This document shows positions 44,976 through 57,095 of a stretch of 64,000 bases of DNA, piece after piece (position 1 is the first letter of the stretch; the number at the start of each line of letters is the position of its first letter). A program made the position numbers and the translations under genes. The stretch comes from the human T2T-CHM13v2.0 reference genome, Homo sapiens. The stretch lies in assembly GCF_009914755.1 (NCBI RefSeq), contig NC_060937.1. One strand, written 5' to 3'. The notes under the pieces are model-generated. The model was not told where the DNA came from and made no database searches. It saw only the letters and a list, made by a program, of their open reading frames with translations.

Positions 44976-47486
44976 CAATGTTGGGTGAGATAGTCCCTAT
45001 TTCTCTTTCTTGCTGATAAAGTTTATGAACTTTTAGAGGGTAAAATTGGAAACTAGACCTCCAGGATTGACAGGTCTGAGTAACACCTGATGTAGGGAAG
45101 AGAACCAGAAAGTATACAAAGGTTAAGTAGAGGGATCAAACTAGCCTTGGCCCTGAATGAAAGTAAAGTCTTATAATACCAAGACAACAACAAATAAATA
45201 AATAAAGTGTTCTCGTGGCCTATAGTTCTACCTGAGAGACATAACAGAAGTTTGACTCTACTCCTCTGGCAACAAGTAAACAACCAACATTCAGAAAGTG
45301 TTCAAAAGTAGATAGTAATATGAAATACAGAAAACAAACGTATACAGTCCAAAACTAAATGTATAAGTCAATGTTACACTTGCCCAATCAAAAGCTCCCA
45401 CCATATAAATTTGGTGCTCAAATGCTCTCTTTTCTGTGTTTCTTCATTAAGCACATATTGGGGCTATGGTTAGTCATCATTACCAGTGGCTAGGAAAAAT
45501 AGATGGATGTGAAGCAGAGGAGAGTATAGGCAATCTGAAAGCCACCAAAACTCTGCATCTGTTAGTCTCTGCAACCTTCAGAGAATGACTCCTGCTTCAC
45601 TTATCCCCAACACATCTCTTTTAGCCAACTCTGATTCAGAACTATAAAGGGAAGTATATTACAGTAAATAAAGTTTCAGCTTAGGCAAGCGGACAGTGTC
45701 CCAACTCTCATAGATGAGAATGTGCCTAGCAGATTTTTTTAAAATGAAAAAGTAAATATTTGAATTTTTTTCTCTTTATCTGCTTCCTTCCTAACCTGGG
45801 AGAAGCTTTGTTAGCCTATCTTACAGGAATTTAGATCACATTTATTCTATCACTAACAGGATCAGTATTTTTAGAAAGATACACAACTCATCTACAATGT
45901 AATAGCCTTATTTGTAAAAATGTAGGAGTTGAATGGATGATTTCTAAGCTCCCATCTTGCTCTTTGCTTCTAACAGTACATGTAAAGTGCTTTTTTTTCC
46001 TTTTGAATGAGATTTTCACAGAGCTCAATTTTAAAGAATACAAATCTTGCTTTTTTTCTAAATGTTATTCAATTTAGAAAGCCTTTCCTATCATAAACAC
46101 AATATAATTCTACTTTCAAATACAAGAAGTCATGTTCAAATACACAACTTTGATCTGTCTTCACATTAGTTCTGCATAATAGAATAACTGAAAAAAGACA
46201 AATATCATACATTATTGAGCTTCAATTAAATTTCAGAGCTGAAATATGTGCATAGGGAAATAGTCAACCACATTTTAATGCATTCAAAATTTCAGATGTC
46301 ATTAGTGTTGTACATTAACAAAGTACAAATGAGCTATCTCAGAACATTAGCTTTTAAAAACCACTTCAAATGTCCTTACATTTAAAATGCAAACACATCC
46401 ATTATTTTAAACAAAACATTGTCTTTTGATTTGGGGCTTACATGAGTCAATATGAATGTATCCACTTCATTCCATTTTCATCCTATGAAATGTGACATAC
46501 TATATATAAAAACACACATTATGCATATTATCATTTTACTACAACCGACACAAAATAACTTATAAGTTGAAGAATTTGACTAATTTTTCTAGAGTGAAAT
46601 ATTAGGTAATAATTACATAAATTACATTTCCTATTTTAAAGGAAATTTTTAAAAAATGAAGAAATGCTAAAAAAGAGTTTAAATCGGGTTGTATGCCTTT
46701 ACCCAATATTTTGCCATTTTTTTTTGTTTGAGTTAGAAGCAAACAAATAATGACATAGTTCTCAAGTTGGAATATTTGTATATTTAATTTTTAATTCTGA
46801 ATTATCTAAAGCATATGTTAAAAAATCTTCATATTTCCTTTGCCCTACCTCCATCATTCCACAAACTGTTTTGTTTGAATAGAACCTGAAATTCAACTGT
46901 GAACAAGTTCGCCAGATGATCCTGATGCACATCCCAAACTGGGAACTCCGGCTCTAATATTTTCAAACACAGCTGGATTTGGCTGCATAATGATGAGACT
47001 TTAAAATGCCTAGCTTTTACATTTGCAGTACCTGTGTCCCTATCAGTCTCTCACCTTATACTGCTTGATTGGCTTGGGCTCTTACTATGTCTTTCCCAGG
47101 CTGTAATGGAAATAGTCCTGTGACATTGATAAACAGTTGTTCTGTTTCCCTTCTCTCATTATCCATTTTTTTCTTTTAGGCTCATCCTTCGCATTACCAT
47201 AAGCATACCTTTTTCTCAAGTGTAAGTTTCATTATGTGACATCTTTTTTAACAGCCTGAGTTGGTTTTCTACAATTAAAGCTGATCTAAGTCTTTTCAAA
47301 ATCAAGCCACACCTATTTCTTTCTGGCCTTATCTACTCAAACAAAACTTTAAGCAGTCTATATAGTATTCATACAAACATTTTCTGTGTTAACTAAATAC
47401 GTGTCCTTACCACATTGTGAATAGTGTATCCTTTGCCTAAAATGTATGTTTGTTTTCTCTTTTATTTCCAGGTTTACTAATTACAC

Positions 47487-47620
47487 TTTTTTTTTTCTTT
47501 AAGTTCTGGGATACATGTGCAGAACTTGCAGGTTTGTTACATAGGTATACACGAGCCATGATGGTTTGCTGCACCCATCAACCCATCATCCAGGTTTCAA
47601 GCCCCACATGCATTAGGTAT
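47487..47620 (-). mobile_element. Short L1PA 3' terminus
   Basis: T-run, TTTAAGTTCTGGGATACATGTGCAGAAC.TGCAGGTTTGTTACATAGGTATAC...CATTAGGTAT. Confidence 0.85.
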
Positions 47621-47624
47621 CCTT

Positions 47625-49890
47625 GTTTTAGAATAATTTTAGGTTACAGAAAATTACAAATATAATACAATGTTTCTACATACCCCACATCCAGTTTTCC
47701 ATATTGTTAAAACATTACATTAGTATGGTACATTTGTAATAATTAATGAACTGATTTTGATACATTATTACCAATTAAAGTTCATACTGTATTCCTATTT
47801 CTTCAGTTTTTATCTAATGTCCTTTTTCAGTTCCAGGATCCCACCAAGGGCACAACATTACATTAAGTCATCATGTCTTCTTTGTCTCTGCAGTGTTTGC
47901 TTTTTTTTTATGACCTTGATGATTTTGGAGTGCACTGATTAGGTATTTTGTAGTACCTCCCTCAGTGGGGATTTTTCAAATATTTTTCTCATGATTAGAC
48001 TGAGGTTATGAGTTAAGTGGAGCATGACCACATAAGTAAAATGCATTCCCATTGCATCATATCAAGGTATATGCTATCAAAATGACTTATCAATGATGAT
48101 GTAAACCTTGGTCACCTGGCTGATGTTGTGTTTCTTCACTGTAAAGTTACTGCACACACACACACCGCTTCCATACTGTACTAGGCAGAAAGTCACTATA
48201 TACATTCCACACTTAAGGAGTGAAGAGAATGCTCTACTGCTTGGATGATGGAGTTTCTACATAATAATTATTTGGAATTCTATGCCCAGAACATTTGTCT
48301 CCCTTCCCCCATTTACATGTTTATACAATCATTTATTTATCAATATGAACTTATAGATATTTATTTTATATTTTGTTATAATTCAATACATGATTATTGT
48401 GATTTTGTTGTTCATATTGTTCCACTTGACCACTGGGAACTCTTTCAGTTGGATCTTGTGTCTCTTTGTCATACCCCTATCGTTGTGGAGTCTTTTTATT
48501 TTGTTAGAACACTTCTTTATTTTCTGCTGCTCTAAAATGCTTTGCGCTCATTTGGTATGTTTTCTGACCTGTCCTAGAACCAGGCATTCCTTCAAAGAGC
48601 CCTGTATCCTTTAACAGGAGAACAGTATTAGAAACCAAATATGGGCACTAGATATGCTCATTGCTAGTGGGTTGTGATTGCTTCCAGACCATTTTGGCTA
48701 TCACAACAAGAAAATATGTATGTATACCCAATTAATCTTCGATTTCTGCTGTAACAATTTACCATAAGCTTAGTGGCTGTAAACAATAGAGACTTATTGT
48801 TTTAGAAGTCAAAAGTTCAAAATGAGCCTCAGTGGGCTGAAATCAAGATGTCAGCAGGAGTGCATTCCTTTTTAGAGGCTCTACAGGGTAATTCATTTTC
48901 TTGCTCTTTTTTTTTTTTTTTCTTCCTTCCTTCCTTCCTTCCTTCCTTCCTTCCTTCCTTCCTTCCTTCCTTCTTTCCTTCCTTCCTTCCTTCCTTCCTT
49001 CCTTCCTTCCTTTTATCCTTTCTTTTTTCCTTGCCTTTTCTAGTTTCTAGAGGCTGCCTTCATTCCTTGGCTTGTGGCCCCCTTACATCTTCACAGCCAG
49101 CACTGGCAGGTCAGTCTTTCTAACATTACATCATTCTGACACTGACTCTCCTGTCTTTCCTTTTACTCAAAGGACCCCTGTGATTACACCCCCCCCGATA
49201 ATCCAGAATAATCCTATTTTATGGATAACTGATTAGCAATCTTAATTCCATCTGCAACTTAAATCTCCCCTTACTATGTAATATAACATATTCACAGGTT
49301 CTGAGGAATTAGTATGTCTTTGGGAGGTCATTATTCTATTTATCACATATACTAATTCAGTATATACATATTTATTAATATTTCCATATGTAATATCTGT
49401 GTCTATATTAAATGCATTAGCCAACCCTAATCCATTATGAGATGGATTATTCTAGCCTCCTTTCTTTCCTTGCTTATCTGTAACCTCACTCCAACAGTGA
49501 GAAACCTGCCTCCCACCATTAACCAGCCATTTACTTAATTTTTAAAGTCCTGTACACATAAACAGCATTTGCAGAAGAGTTAACACTTATCTCCATGAGA
49601 AACAACTAGAGTACAGTGCTTATATTCCATTTCTTTTGCCTTTAGTCTTAGACTTCACTTACTTCCAAAGTGACTTAAGTCAGCACCTTTTTCCCCTATG
49701 ACCAGTGAGGTGGTTTCATACATTTGCAATACAGTTAGTTTATTTCATCACATTCTGGATTTCACCTAGGCATCCTTGATCTCCCAAATGATTTTTTAAA
49801 TTGACTTATATTAAGATCCATTATTTGTGCTTTTAAGTTTTATAGGTTTTGGCAAATGTCTAGAGTTACATGTTCACCATTACGGTATTT
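47625..49890 (-). mobile_element. L1MC/L1MD 3' region interrupted by an MLT1
   Basis: TTTAGGTTACAGAAAATT...GTTCCAGGATCCCA...TTAGAAACCAA...AACAGTGAGAAACCTG. Confidence 0.65.
48725..49350 (-). mobile_element. MLT1D/C-like MaLR LTR with internal (CCTT)n expansion (48906-49030)
   Basis: TGCTGTAACAATTTACCA..AACTTAGTGGCT...TGGGCTGAAATCAAG...ACATATTCACAGGTTCTGAGGA. Confidence 0.75.
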
Positions 49891-50579
49891 ATAGATAAAA
49901 CTTAAACTTCACCTCTGTTCTGAAGCCTTCTCAGATTTTTACTTGTTTTTTTATATATATATTTTGTTTTGCTGATTCATTTTTAGCAGATGGTACCGTT
50001 CCATTTGTTAGCTCCATAGCACAACATTCAAAGCTTCGATAAATTTTTACTTTTAATAATTATCTATTTGAATACTTGAATCCTTAAATACTAGATTATA
50101 TGATCTTTGACACCAAGGAATATGTTTTGTTTCCTGTGAATTCAACACTTTACATGTAGATTTAACACTGAAATTAAACACTCATGTTAAATAATCATTT
50201 TAAATAAAATTAGCCCCTAGAATTGTTAAAATTGACTTAAGTGAACTAAAGAAATTTGTTAGAAATGTTGACAAGATAAAAGCGTTTTGTTAATTTAATC
50301 TTGTTAAAAAATAACCTTAGTAAGCAAATTAAATGAAAGCATTACTTATTTAAAGAAAATTGATAGCATATATAAAAATATTTAAATACAAAAATGCATA
50401 AAACTAAGTAGATGTAACTACTATGTTTGAATGAGTCCATTAAACAAGGCAAACTTATGACTGGCCTGAAAAGAAGACTATATCAGAGTTTAGAAAAAAA
50501 AAATACATGCGCTTATCTATTTCTTATGGTAATAAGAGAGTCTCTGAATGTGATTCTTTGGAACACAAATATGGAAAGC

Positions 50580-50983
50580 TTTCATGCATGTCCGTGTGAA
50601 GAGACCACCAAACAGGCTTTGTGTGAGCAATAAAGCTGTTTATTTCACCTGGGTGCAGGTGGGCTGAGTCCGAAAAGAAAGTCAGTGAAGGGAGATAAGG
50701 GTGGGGCTGTTTTATAGGATTTGGGTAGGTAAAGGAAAAAGGGGGGTTGTTCTCTGGCGGGCAGGAGTAGGGGTCACAAGGTGCTCAGTAGGGGAGCTTT
50801 TGAGCCAGGATGAGCTAGGAGAAGGAATTTCACAAGATAATGTCAACAGTTAAGGCAGGAACAGGCCATTTTCACTTCTTTTGTGGTGGAATGTCATCAG
50901 TTAAGGCAGGAACCGGCCATGTGGATGTGTATGTGCAGGTCACAGGGGATATGATGGCTTAGCTTGGGCTCAGAGGCCTGACA
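50580..50983 (-). promoter_or_regulatory. HERV-H 3' LTR, complete, LTR7B (type II) type
   Basis: TGTCAGGCCTCTGAGCCCAAGCTAAGCC start, type-II CCTGCCTTAACTGATGAC repeats, TATAAA at 50716-11, AATAAA at 50644-39, ends CATGAAA. Confidence 0.9.
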
Positions 50984-52055
50984 TTCCTGTCTTCTTATAC
51001 TAATAAGAAAAATAAAACGAAATAGTGGTAAAGTGTTGGGACAGCGAAAATTTTGGGCGATGGTATGGAGAGATAATGGGCGATGTTTCTCAGGGCTGCT
51101 TCGAGCGGGATTAGGGGCGGCGTGGGAACCTAGAGTGGGAGAGATTAAGCTGAAGGAAGATTTTGTGGTAAGGGGTGATATTGTGGGACTGTTAGAAGAA
51201 ACATTTGTCATTTAGAATTATTGGTGATGGCCTGGATACAGTTTTGTATGAATTGAAAATCTAAATGGAATAAGAGAAGGAGAAAAACAGGTATTACAGG
51301 TCTAAGAATTGGGAGGACCTAGGACATTTAATTAGAGAGTGCCTAAGGAGATTCAGCATAGTCCTACCAGCAAAGATTATTTATTTACTTCAAGAATTAA
51401 CAGTGGCAGTTTGGGGATAGCACCAGGAGATACCAGCTGTGATGGCTTGGAGAAACAGTGTAAACCAGCAGTGTAAACAAGAGCAGGACATGTATGAGCA
51501 GTTGAGAACAGTGAATAGGAGTATGACTAGACAGAAGATAGCAGGCATGACAATTTTTTGGGGGCACAGTCTAAGTTGGTCTGGTGTCTGGAATGAGACT
51601 GGGGCTTAATAAAAAGGAGCGTCTATACAGGAGCTCAAATGGGCTGTACCCTGTAGCATTCTGAGGACAGGCCTGAATTCTGAGAAAAGAAAGAGGTAAA
51701 AGTATTGTCCAGTCCTTTTTAAGTTGGTGGCTGAGCTTGGTGAGGTGTGTTTTTAAAAGACCATTAGTCCCTTCTACCTTTCCTGAAGACTAAGGACTGT
51801 AAGGGATATAAAGGTGTCACTGAATACCAGGAGCCTGAAAAACTGCTTGGCTGATTTGACTAATAAAGGCTGGTCTGCTATTGGACTGTACAGAGGTGGG
51901 AAGGCCAAACTGAGGAATTATGTCTAACAGAAGGGAAGAAATGACCGTGGTGGCCTTCTTAGACCCTGTGGGAAAGGCCTCTACCTATCCAGTGAAAGTG
52001 TCTACCTAGACCAAGAGGTATTTTAGTTTCCTGACTGGGGGCATGTTGAGTAAAG

Positions 52056-52736
52056 CTAATTTGCCAGTCCTGGGCGGGGGCAAATCCCTGAGCTTGATGT
52101 GTAGGGAAGGGAGGGGGCCTGAATAATCCCTGAGGAGTAGTAGAATAGCAGAAGGAACACTGAGAAGTTATTTCCTTGAAGATAGATTTCCACAATGGAA
52201 AGGAAATGAGAGGTTGTAAGAGGCGGGCTAGTGGCTTGTGCTATAGCATAGCCTGCCTTTGCTGGTGTGTGGCGATTAGGCCTGATGGAACTGCCATCAA
52301 TAAACCAAGTGTGATCAGGGTGAGAAACAGGGAAGAAGGAAATGTGGGGAAATGGGGTGAATGTCAGGTGGATCAGAGAGATGCAGTCATGAGGGTCAGG
52401 TGTGGTATCAGGAATAATGTGGGAGGCTGGACTGAAGTCCGGGCCAGGAACAATGGTAATTGTGGGAGACTCAACAAAGAGTGAGTACAGCTGAAGGAGC
52501 CAGGCAGCAGAAAGTATATGCGTCAGGTGTGAGGAAGAAAATAGATTGTGTAAATTATGAGAGCTGTAGAGAGTGAGTTGAGCATAGTTTGTGATCTTAA
52601 GGGCCTCTAAAAGTATTAGGGCGGCAGCAGCCGCTGCACGGAGACGTGATGGCCAGCCTAAAACAGTAAGGTCAAGTTGTTTGGATAAAAAGGCTACAGG
52701 ACGCGATCCTGGTCCTTGTGTAAGAATTCCCTGCAC
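52056..52736 (-). pseudogene. HERV-H pol fragment (RT connection / RNase H start)
   Basis: ORF track shows PVAFLSKQLD...GWP...WFIDGSS...AGYA. Confidence 0.88.
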
Positions 52737-53131
52737 TTAGGCTGTGTGTAATGAAAAGGGTTGGGATGAATCAAGGAGAGCTAGGGTGGGGGCAGTCTCT
52801 AAAGCTGTCTTCAAGGAACGGAAAGAGGAGTGGGGAAAGGATTTAGGATCTATGGGGTCAGCTAGGTTTCCTTTTGTGAGTTTACATAATGGTTTTGTTA
52901 GGATGGCAAAACCAGATATCTAAAGTCGAAAGTATCTAACCGTGCCTAGCAAGGAAAGGAGTTGTTGTTTTGTAGAAGGGATTGAGGTTTGGGAGATTAG
53001 TCGGACACGATCAGCAGGGAGAGCACGTGTGTTTTTATGAGAATTATGCCGAGATAGGTAACAGATGAGGAAGAAATTTGGGCTTGATTGAAGTAATGGG
53101 GGCTGTCTGTGAAGCTTTGCGGCAGTACAGC

Positions 53132-53563
53132 CTAGGTAATTTGCTGAGCTTGATGGGTGTCAGGGTCAGTCCAAGTGAAAGTGAAGAGAGGCTGGGATGA
53201 AGGGTGCAAAGGGATAGTAAAGAAAGCATGTTTGAGATCTAGAACAGAATAATGGGTTGTAGAGGCAGGTATTGAGGATAGGAGAGTATATGGGTTTGGC
53301 ACCATGGGGTGGGCAGGCAAAACAATTTGGTTGATAAGGTTCAGATCCTGAACTAACCTGTAAGACTTGTCTGGTTCTAGGGCAGGTAAAATGGGGGAGT
53401 TGTAAGGAGAGTTTATAGGCTTTAAAAGGCCATGCTGTAGCAGGCGAGTGATAACAGGCTTTAATCTTTTTAAAGCGCGCTGCGGGATGGGATATTGGCA
53501 TTGAGTGGGGTAAGGGTGATTAGGTTTTAATGAGATGGTAAGGGGTGCGTGATCGGTCACCAA
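53132..53563 (-). pseudogene. HERV-H pol fragment (RT N-terminal part)
   Basis: QYPI...SPYNSPILP...YRLVQDL...VLDLKHAFFTIPL. A stop occurs before any YXDD motif. Confidence 0.92.
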
Positions 53564-53751
53564 GGAGGGAGTAGAGGTATCCTATACTTATGGGTTAAGG
53601 TGGGGGGATACAAAAGGAGGACGCAAAGGAGGCTTTGGATTGGGAAGAAGGGTGGCAATGAGATGCAGCTGTAATCCAGGAATAGTCAGGGAAGCAGATA
53701 ATTTAGTTACAGTGTCTCGGCCTAATAAGGGAACTGGGCAGGTGGAGATAA

Positions 53752-53940
53752 CTAAAAGGAGTGCTTAAAAGAGTATTGTCTAAGTTGGCACCAGAGCTGG
53801 GGAGTTTTAAGAGGTTTAGAAGCCTGGCCGTCAATACCCACAACAGTTATGGAGGCACAGGAAACAGGCCCTTGAAAAGAGGGTAATGTGGAGTGAGTAG
53901 CCTCCGTATTGACTAAAAAGGGGACGGGCTTACCTTCCAC
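53752..53940 (-). pseudogene. HERV-H protease fragment, catalytically dead
   Basis: VPFLVNTEATHSTL: the aspartyl protease DTGA motif has become NTEA. Confidence 0.85.
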
Positions 53941-54006
53941 TGTGAGAGTTACCTAAAGCTCGGCATCCGTGATGGTCTAGGGGGCTTCCGAGGCGATCGG
54001 GCAGTG

Positions 54007-54324
54007 TCAGTCTTCAGCCGCTAAGCCGAGAAGACCTGGGAAGGAGTCAGTCAGAGAGCCTTGGGCCAGAGTTCCAGGGGCTCTGGGAGTGGCTGCCAGG
54101 TGAGTTGAACAGTCTGATTTCCAGTGGGGTCCCACACAGATGAGACACGGCTTAGGAGGAATCCCAGGCTGCAGGCAATCGTTGGCCTGGTGGCCAGATT
54201 TCTGGCACTTGTAGCAAGCTCCTGGGGGAGGTAGTTCTGGAGGAATGCCTGGCCACTGCGGTTTAGGCATTTGGAAGTTCTTGTGTGCTGGAGATGTGGC
54301 TGGGGTTTGTCTCAGTGGAGGCAA
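54007..54324 (-). pseudogene. HERV-H gag C-terminus (nucleocapsid)
   Basis: Zinc knuckles CYKCQKSGHQANDC (CX2CX4HX4C) and CLICVGPHWKSDC (CX2CX3HX4C). Confidence 0.9.
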
Positions 54325-55335
54325 GGAATTGCAACTCAGAAATATGTTGCTACTTGGCTGCCTCTACTCTACTATTGTACACCTTGAAGGCGAGGTTAAT
54401 TAAGTTCTGTTGTGGGGTTTGAGGGCCAGAATTTAATTTTTGGAGTTCTATTTAATGTCGGGAGCAGATAGGGTAATAAAATGTATATTGAGAATAAGAC
54501 AGCCTTTTGACCTTTTAGGGTCTAGGGGTGTAAAGCATCTCAGGGTTGCTGCCAAACGAGCCATGAACTGGGCTGAATTTTTATGTTTGATGAAAAAGAG
54601 CCTAAACGCTATCTGATTTGGGATAAAGAAAAAGGAGCATTAACCTTGACTATGCCTTTTGCTCCAGCCACCTTTTTAAGAATAAATTGCTGGGCAGGTG
54701 GGGGAGGGCTAGTCACAGAACGAAACTGTAAGCTGGACTGGGTGTGAGGAGGGGAGGTGATAAAAGGATTATAGGGTGGAGGAGCAGAGGCTGAGGAAGA
54801 ATTGGGACCTAGCTCAGCCCGGCGAGGTGGGGAGAGGTCAGATGGGTCTGTAGAAAAGGAAGATTAGAAAGACTCAGCGACACTTGGGGTTGGGACTGAG
54901 GGGACAGGCGGGAGGGAAAGAAGGAAGATTTGGGACGAGTTGCATTGGGAACAGAGACTAAGCAGGGACTGATGTGTAAAAGAATGCCTAGACGTCAGGC
55001 ACCTCAGACCATTTGCCCATTTTACGAGAAGAATTATTTAGATCTTGTAGGATGGAAAAATTGAAAGTGCCATTTTCCGGCTATTTGGAACTACTGTCAA
55101 GTTTGTATTGGGGTCAAGCGGCATTGCAGAAGAAAATAAGGTGCTTAGATTTTAGGGAAGGTGAGAGTTGAAGAGGTTTTAAGTTCTTAAGAACACAGGC
55201 CAAGGGAGAAGGAGGAATGGAAGGTGGAAGCTTGTCCATAGTGAAGAAGGCAAGCCCAGAGAAAAGAGAGTAGAGACACAGAGAAGGGGTGGGGGGTTCT
55301 TGCCCTCCAGAAAAGCAGAGAAGGGGTTGGGGCAT

Positions 55336-55695
55336 GGAAATACGGGGTTGGGGTGCAGAGATAAGGGGTTGGGGCATGGAAATAAGGGATCAGGGCACAG
55401 AGATAAGTGGTCGGGGTGTGGAAATAAGGGATCGGGGTGCAGAAATAAGAGGTCAGGGTTCCTGCCCCTCCCCCAGAAAGCGGGACTTGCCACTAAGGGT
55501 GAAGGAGAAGGGGTTGAGGGGTTCTTGCCCCTCTCCCAGAAAAGCGGGACTTGCCACTAAGGGTGAAGGAGAAGGGGTTGAGGGGTTCTTGCCCCTCCCT
55601 CAGAAAAGCGGAGAAGGGGTAGACATATGGAGAGAAGGGGTTGGGGTTCTTGCCCCTCCCCCAGAAAAGCAGGACTTGCCGCTAAGGGTGAAGGA
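55336..55695. repeat. HERV-H leader tandem arrays: six 21-bp units, then ~64-bp units
   Basis: 21-mers at 55336, 55357, 55378, 55399, 55420 and 55441. GGGTTC(T)TGCCCCTC..CAGAAAAGC units at ~55456, 55519, 55583 and 55644. Confidence 0.85.
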
Positions 55696-55974
55696 CAAAG
55701 GCAGATGTCCCTGTGTGGGCTGACACCTCTGAAACCTGGGTGAATAATCAGAGAGGCATCCCTAGTCCGTGACCGGCGCCGGAGTTTTGGGTCCACGGAT
55801 AAAATGTGTCTCCTTTGTCTCTACCAGAAAATGAAAGGAATTGAAATTAAGAGAAGGGAGAGATTGAAGTGTGGCACCAAGATTGAAAGGAGAAAGAGGT
55901 TGAGGGATAGTGAGGGAAGTTGGAGAAGAAAGTAAAAAGAGGCTGCTTACCAGATTTGAAATTGGTGAGATGCC

Positions 55975-56131
55975 TCACAAGATAATGCCATCAGTTAAGG
56001 CAGGAACAGGCCATTTTCATTTCTTTTTTTGTGGTGGAATGTCATCAGTTAAGGCAGGAACCGGCCATCTGGATGTGTATGTGCAGGTCACAGGGGATAT
56101 GGTGGCTTAGCTTGAGCTCAGAGGACTGAGA
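55975..56131 (-). promoter_or_regulatory. HERV-H 5' LTR remnant (first 157 bp of U3 only)
   Basis: Aligns to 50830-50983 of the 3' LTR with 8 substitutions and one 3-bp indel. Joined directly to leader sequence at 55972. Confidence 0.92.
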
Positions 56132-56601
56132 AAAGCTATTAGAGTCACATAAGTGGATTTTAATTATGAGAAAGAGCATCAGGAGAACAGCAATATCTCT
56201 GCCTTATAACTAATAATAGATTCCTTGAGTTTACTCTAAAGTAAATAGAATGTCCTTAGATTTTGCAGCACAAATTTTGGTGGTTTTACAGTTACATGGT
56301 TACATTGCCCTAACCTTCCTAGCAATTCATAGATATTTTGAGATGATGAAATTAGTGAACAAATGAACGCAGCAACCTGTCCTAATCTATATCACAGACA
56401 TGATTCCGCATTTTATTGTAGTTATCTATGTGTTCATTTATCCTGATAACTACGTTATACATTTTTTTGGTGGTATTTGTGTGTTTCCATTCTAGCATAG
56501 TCTTTGGTATGTAATTGACAGTTAATAAGTATTTTTGAAAAGACAGAATGATTAATGAATGAATGAATAATTGAAGGATTTCGCACTCACCTCATTCTTA
56601 T

Positions 56602-57095
56602 TGTGGCAGAGACTGCTGGTTGTTATTATCATTATAATTTTGCTAACTCAATATCCATACTCATTTTTTTCAAGCAATGGAACACCAATTTATTTAGAAA
56701 GAAATATTTCCAGTTCAAAGCCTCGATTTCCAGCCTTTTTGTAGACAGGTGTGATTATAAGACTATATCTAGTCAATGAGATGTAAGAAGAAATTGTTGA
56801 ATGTGATTCCTGGAGAAATTCATTTTAAAAGAAAGTTCTCTTTCTGTCTTCCCCCTCTTCATTCTCTTGCTTCCCAAAATAGATGGCTGGGGTTTCAAAT
56901 GCCATCTTGAACTATAAGATGACTTCAGAATTAAAGCCATTTTCTCAAGATAAGAAGCAAAAACCACAAAAAGCCAGTTTGGTCATACCAGCCCTAGACT
57001 ATTTGCCTTTGAACATTTGGATTTAATTGAGAGAAAAATAAAATTTAATATTATTTCTGATTTTTGTTACTAGTACCTTCATGCATTTCTTAACT
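56602..57095 (+). mobile_element. MLT1J/K-like MaLR LTR
   Basis: TGTGGCAGAGACTG...GTCAATGAGATGTAAG...GCCATCTTG...ACCAGCCCTAGACT...GAGAGAAAAATAAA. Confidence 0.6.

Larger units (their letters stand above)
50580..56131 (-). mobile_element. HERV-H provirus (common pol/env-deleted type), 5552 bp
   Basis: Two LTR7-family LTRs, 5-bp TSD AAAGC (50575-79 and 56132-36), PPT at 50984-96, and gag zinc knuckles, pro, RT and RNaseH fragments in order. Confidence 0.97.

Noticed and set aside
52056-52736. Longest ORF (226 aa) as a functional protein
   Set aside because: It is a HERV-H pol fragment with a non-ATG start that runs out of frame. The protease is dead and no RT YXDD motif follows the RT fragment, as in the common defective HERV-H type.
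55336-55695. CRISPR-like repeat array
   Set aside because: Head-to-tail tandem units with no unique spacers, inside a retroviral leader in primate DNA.
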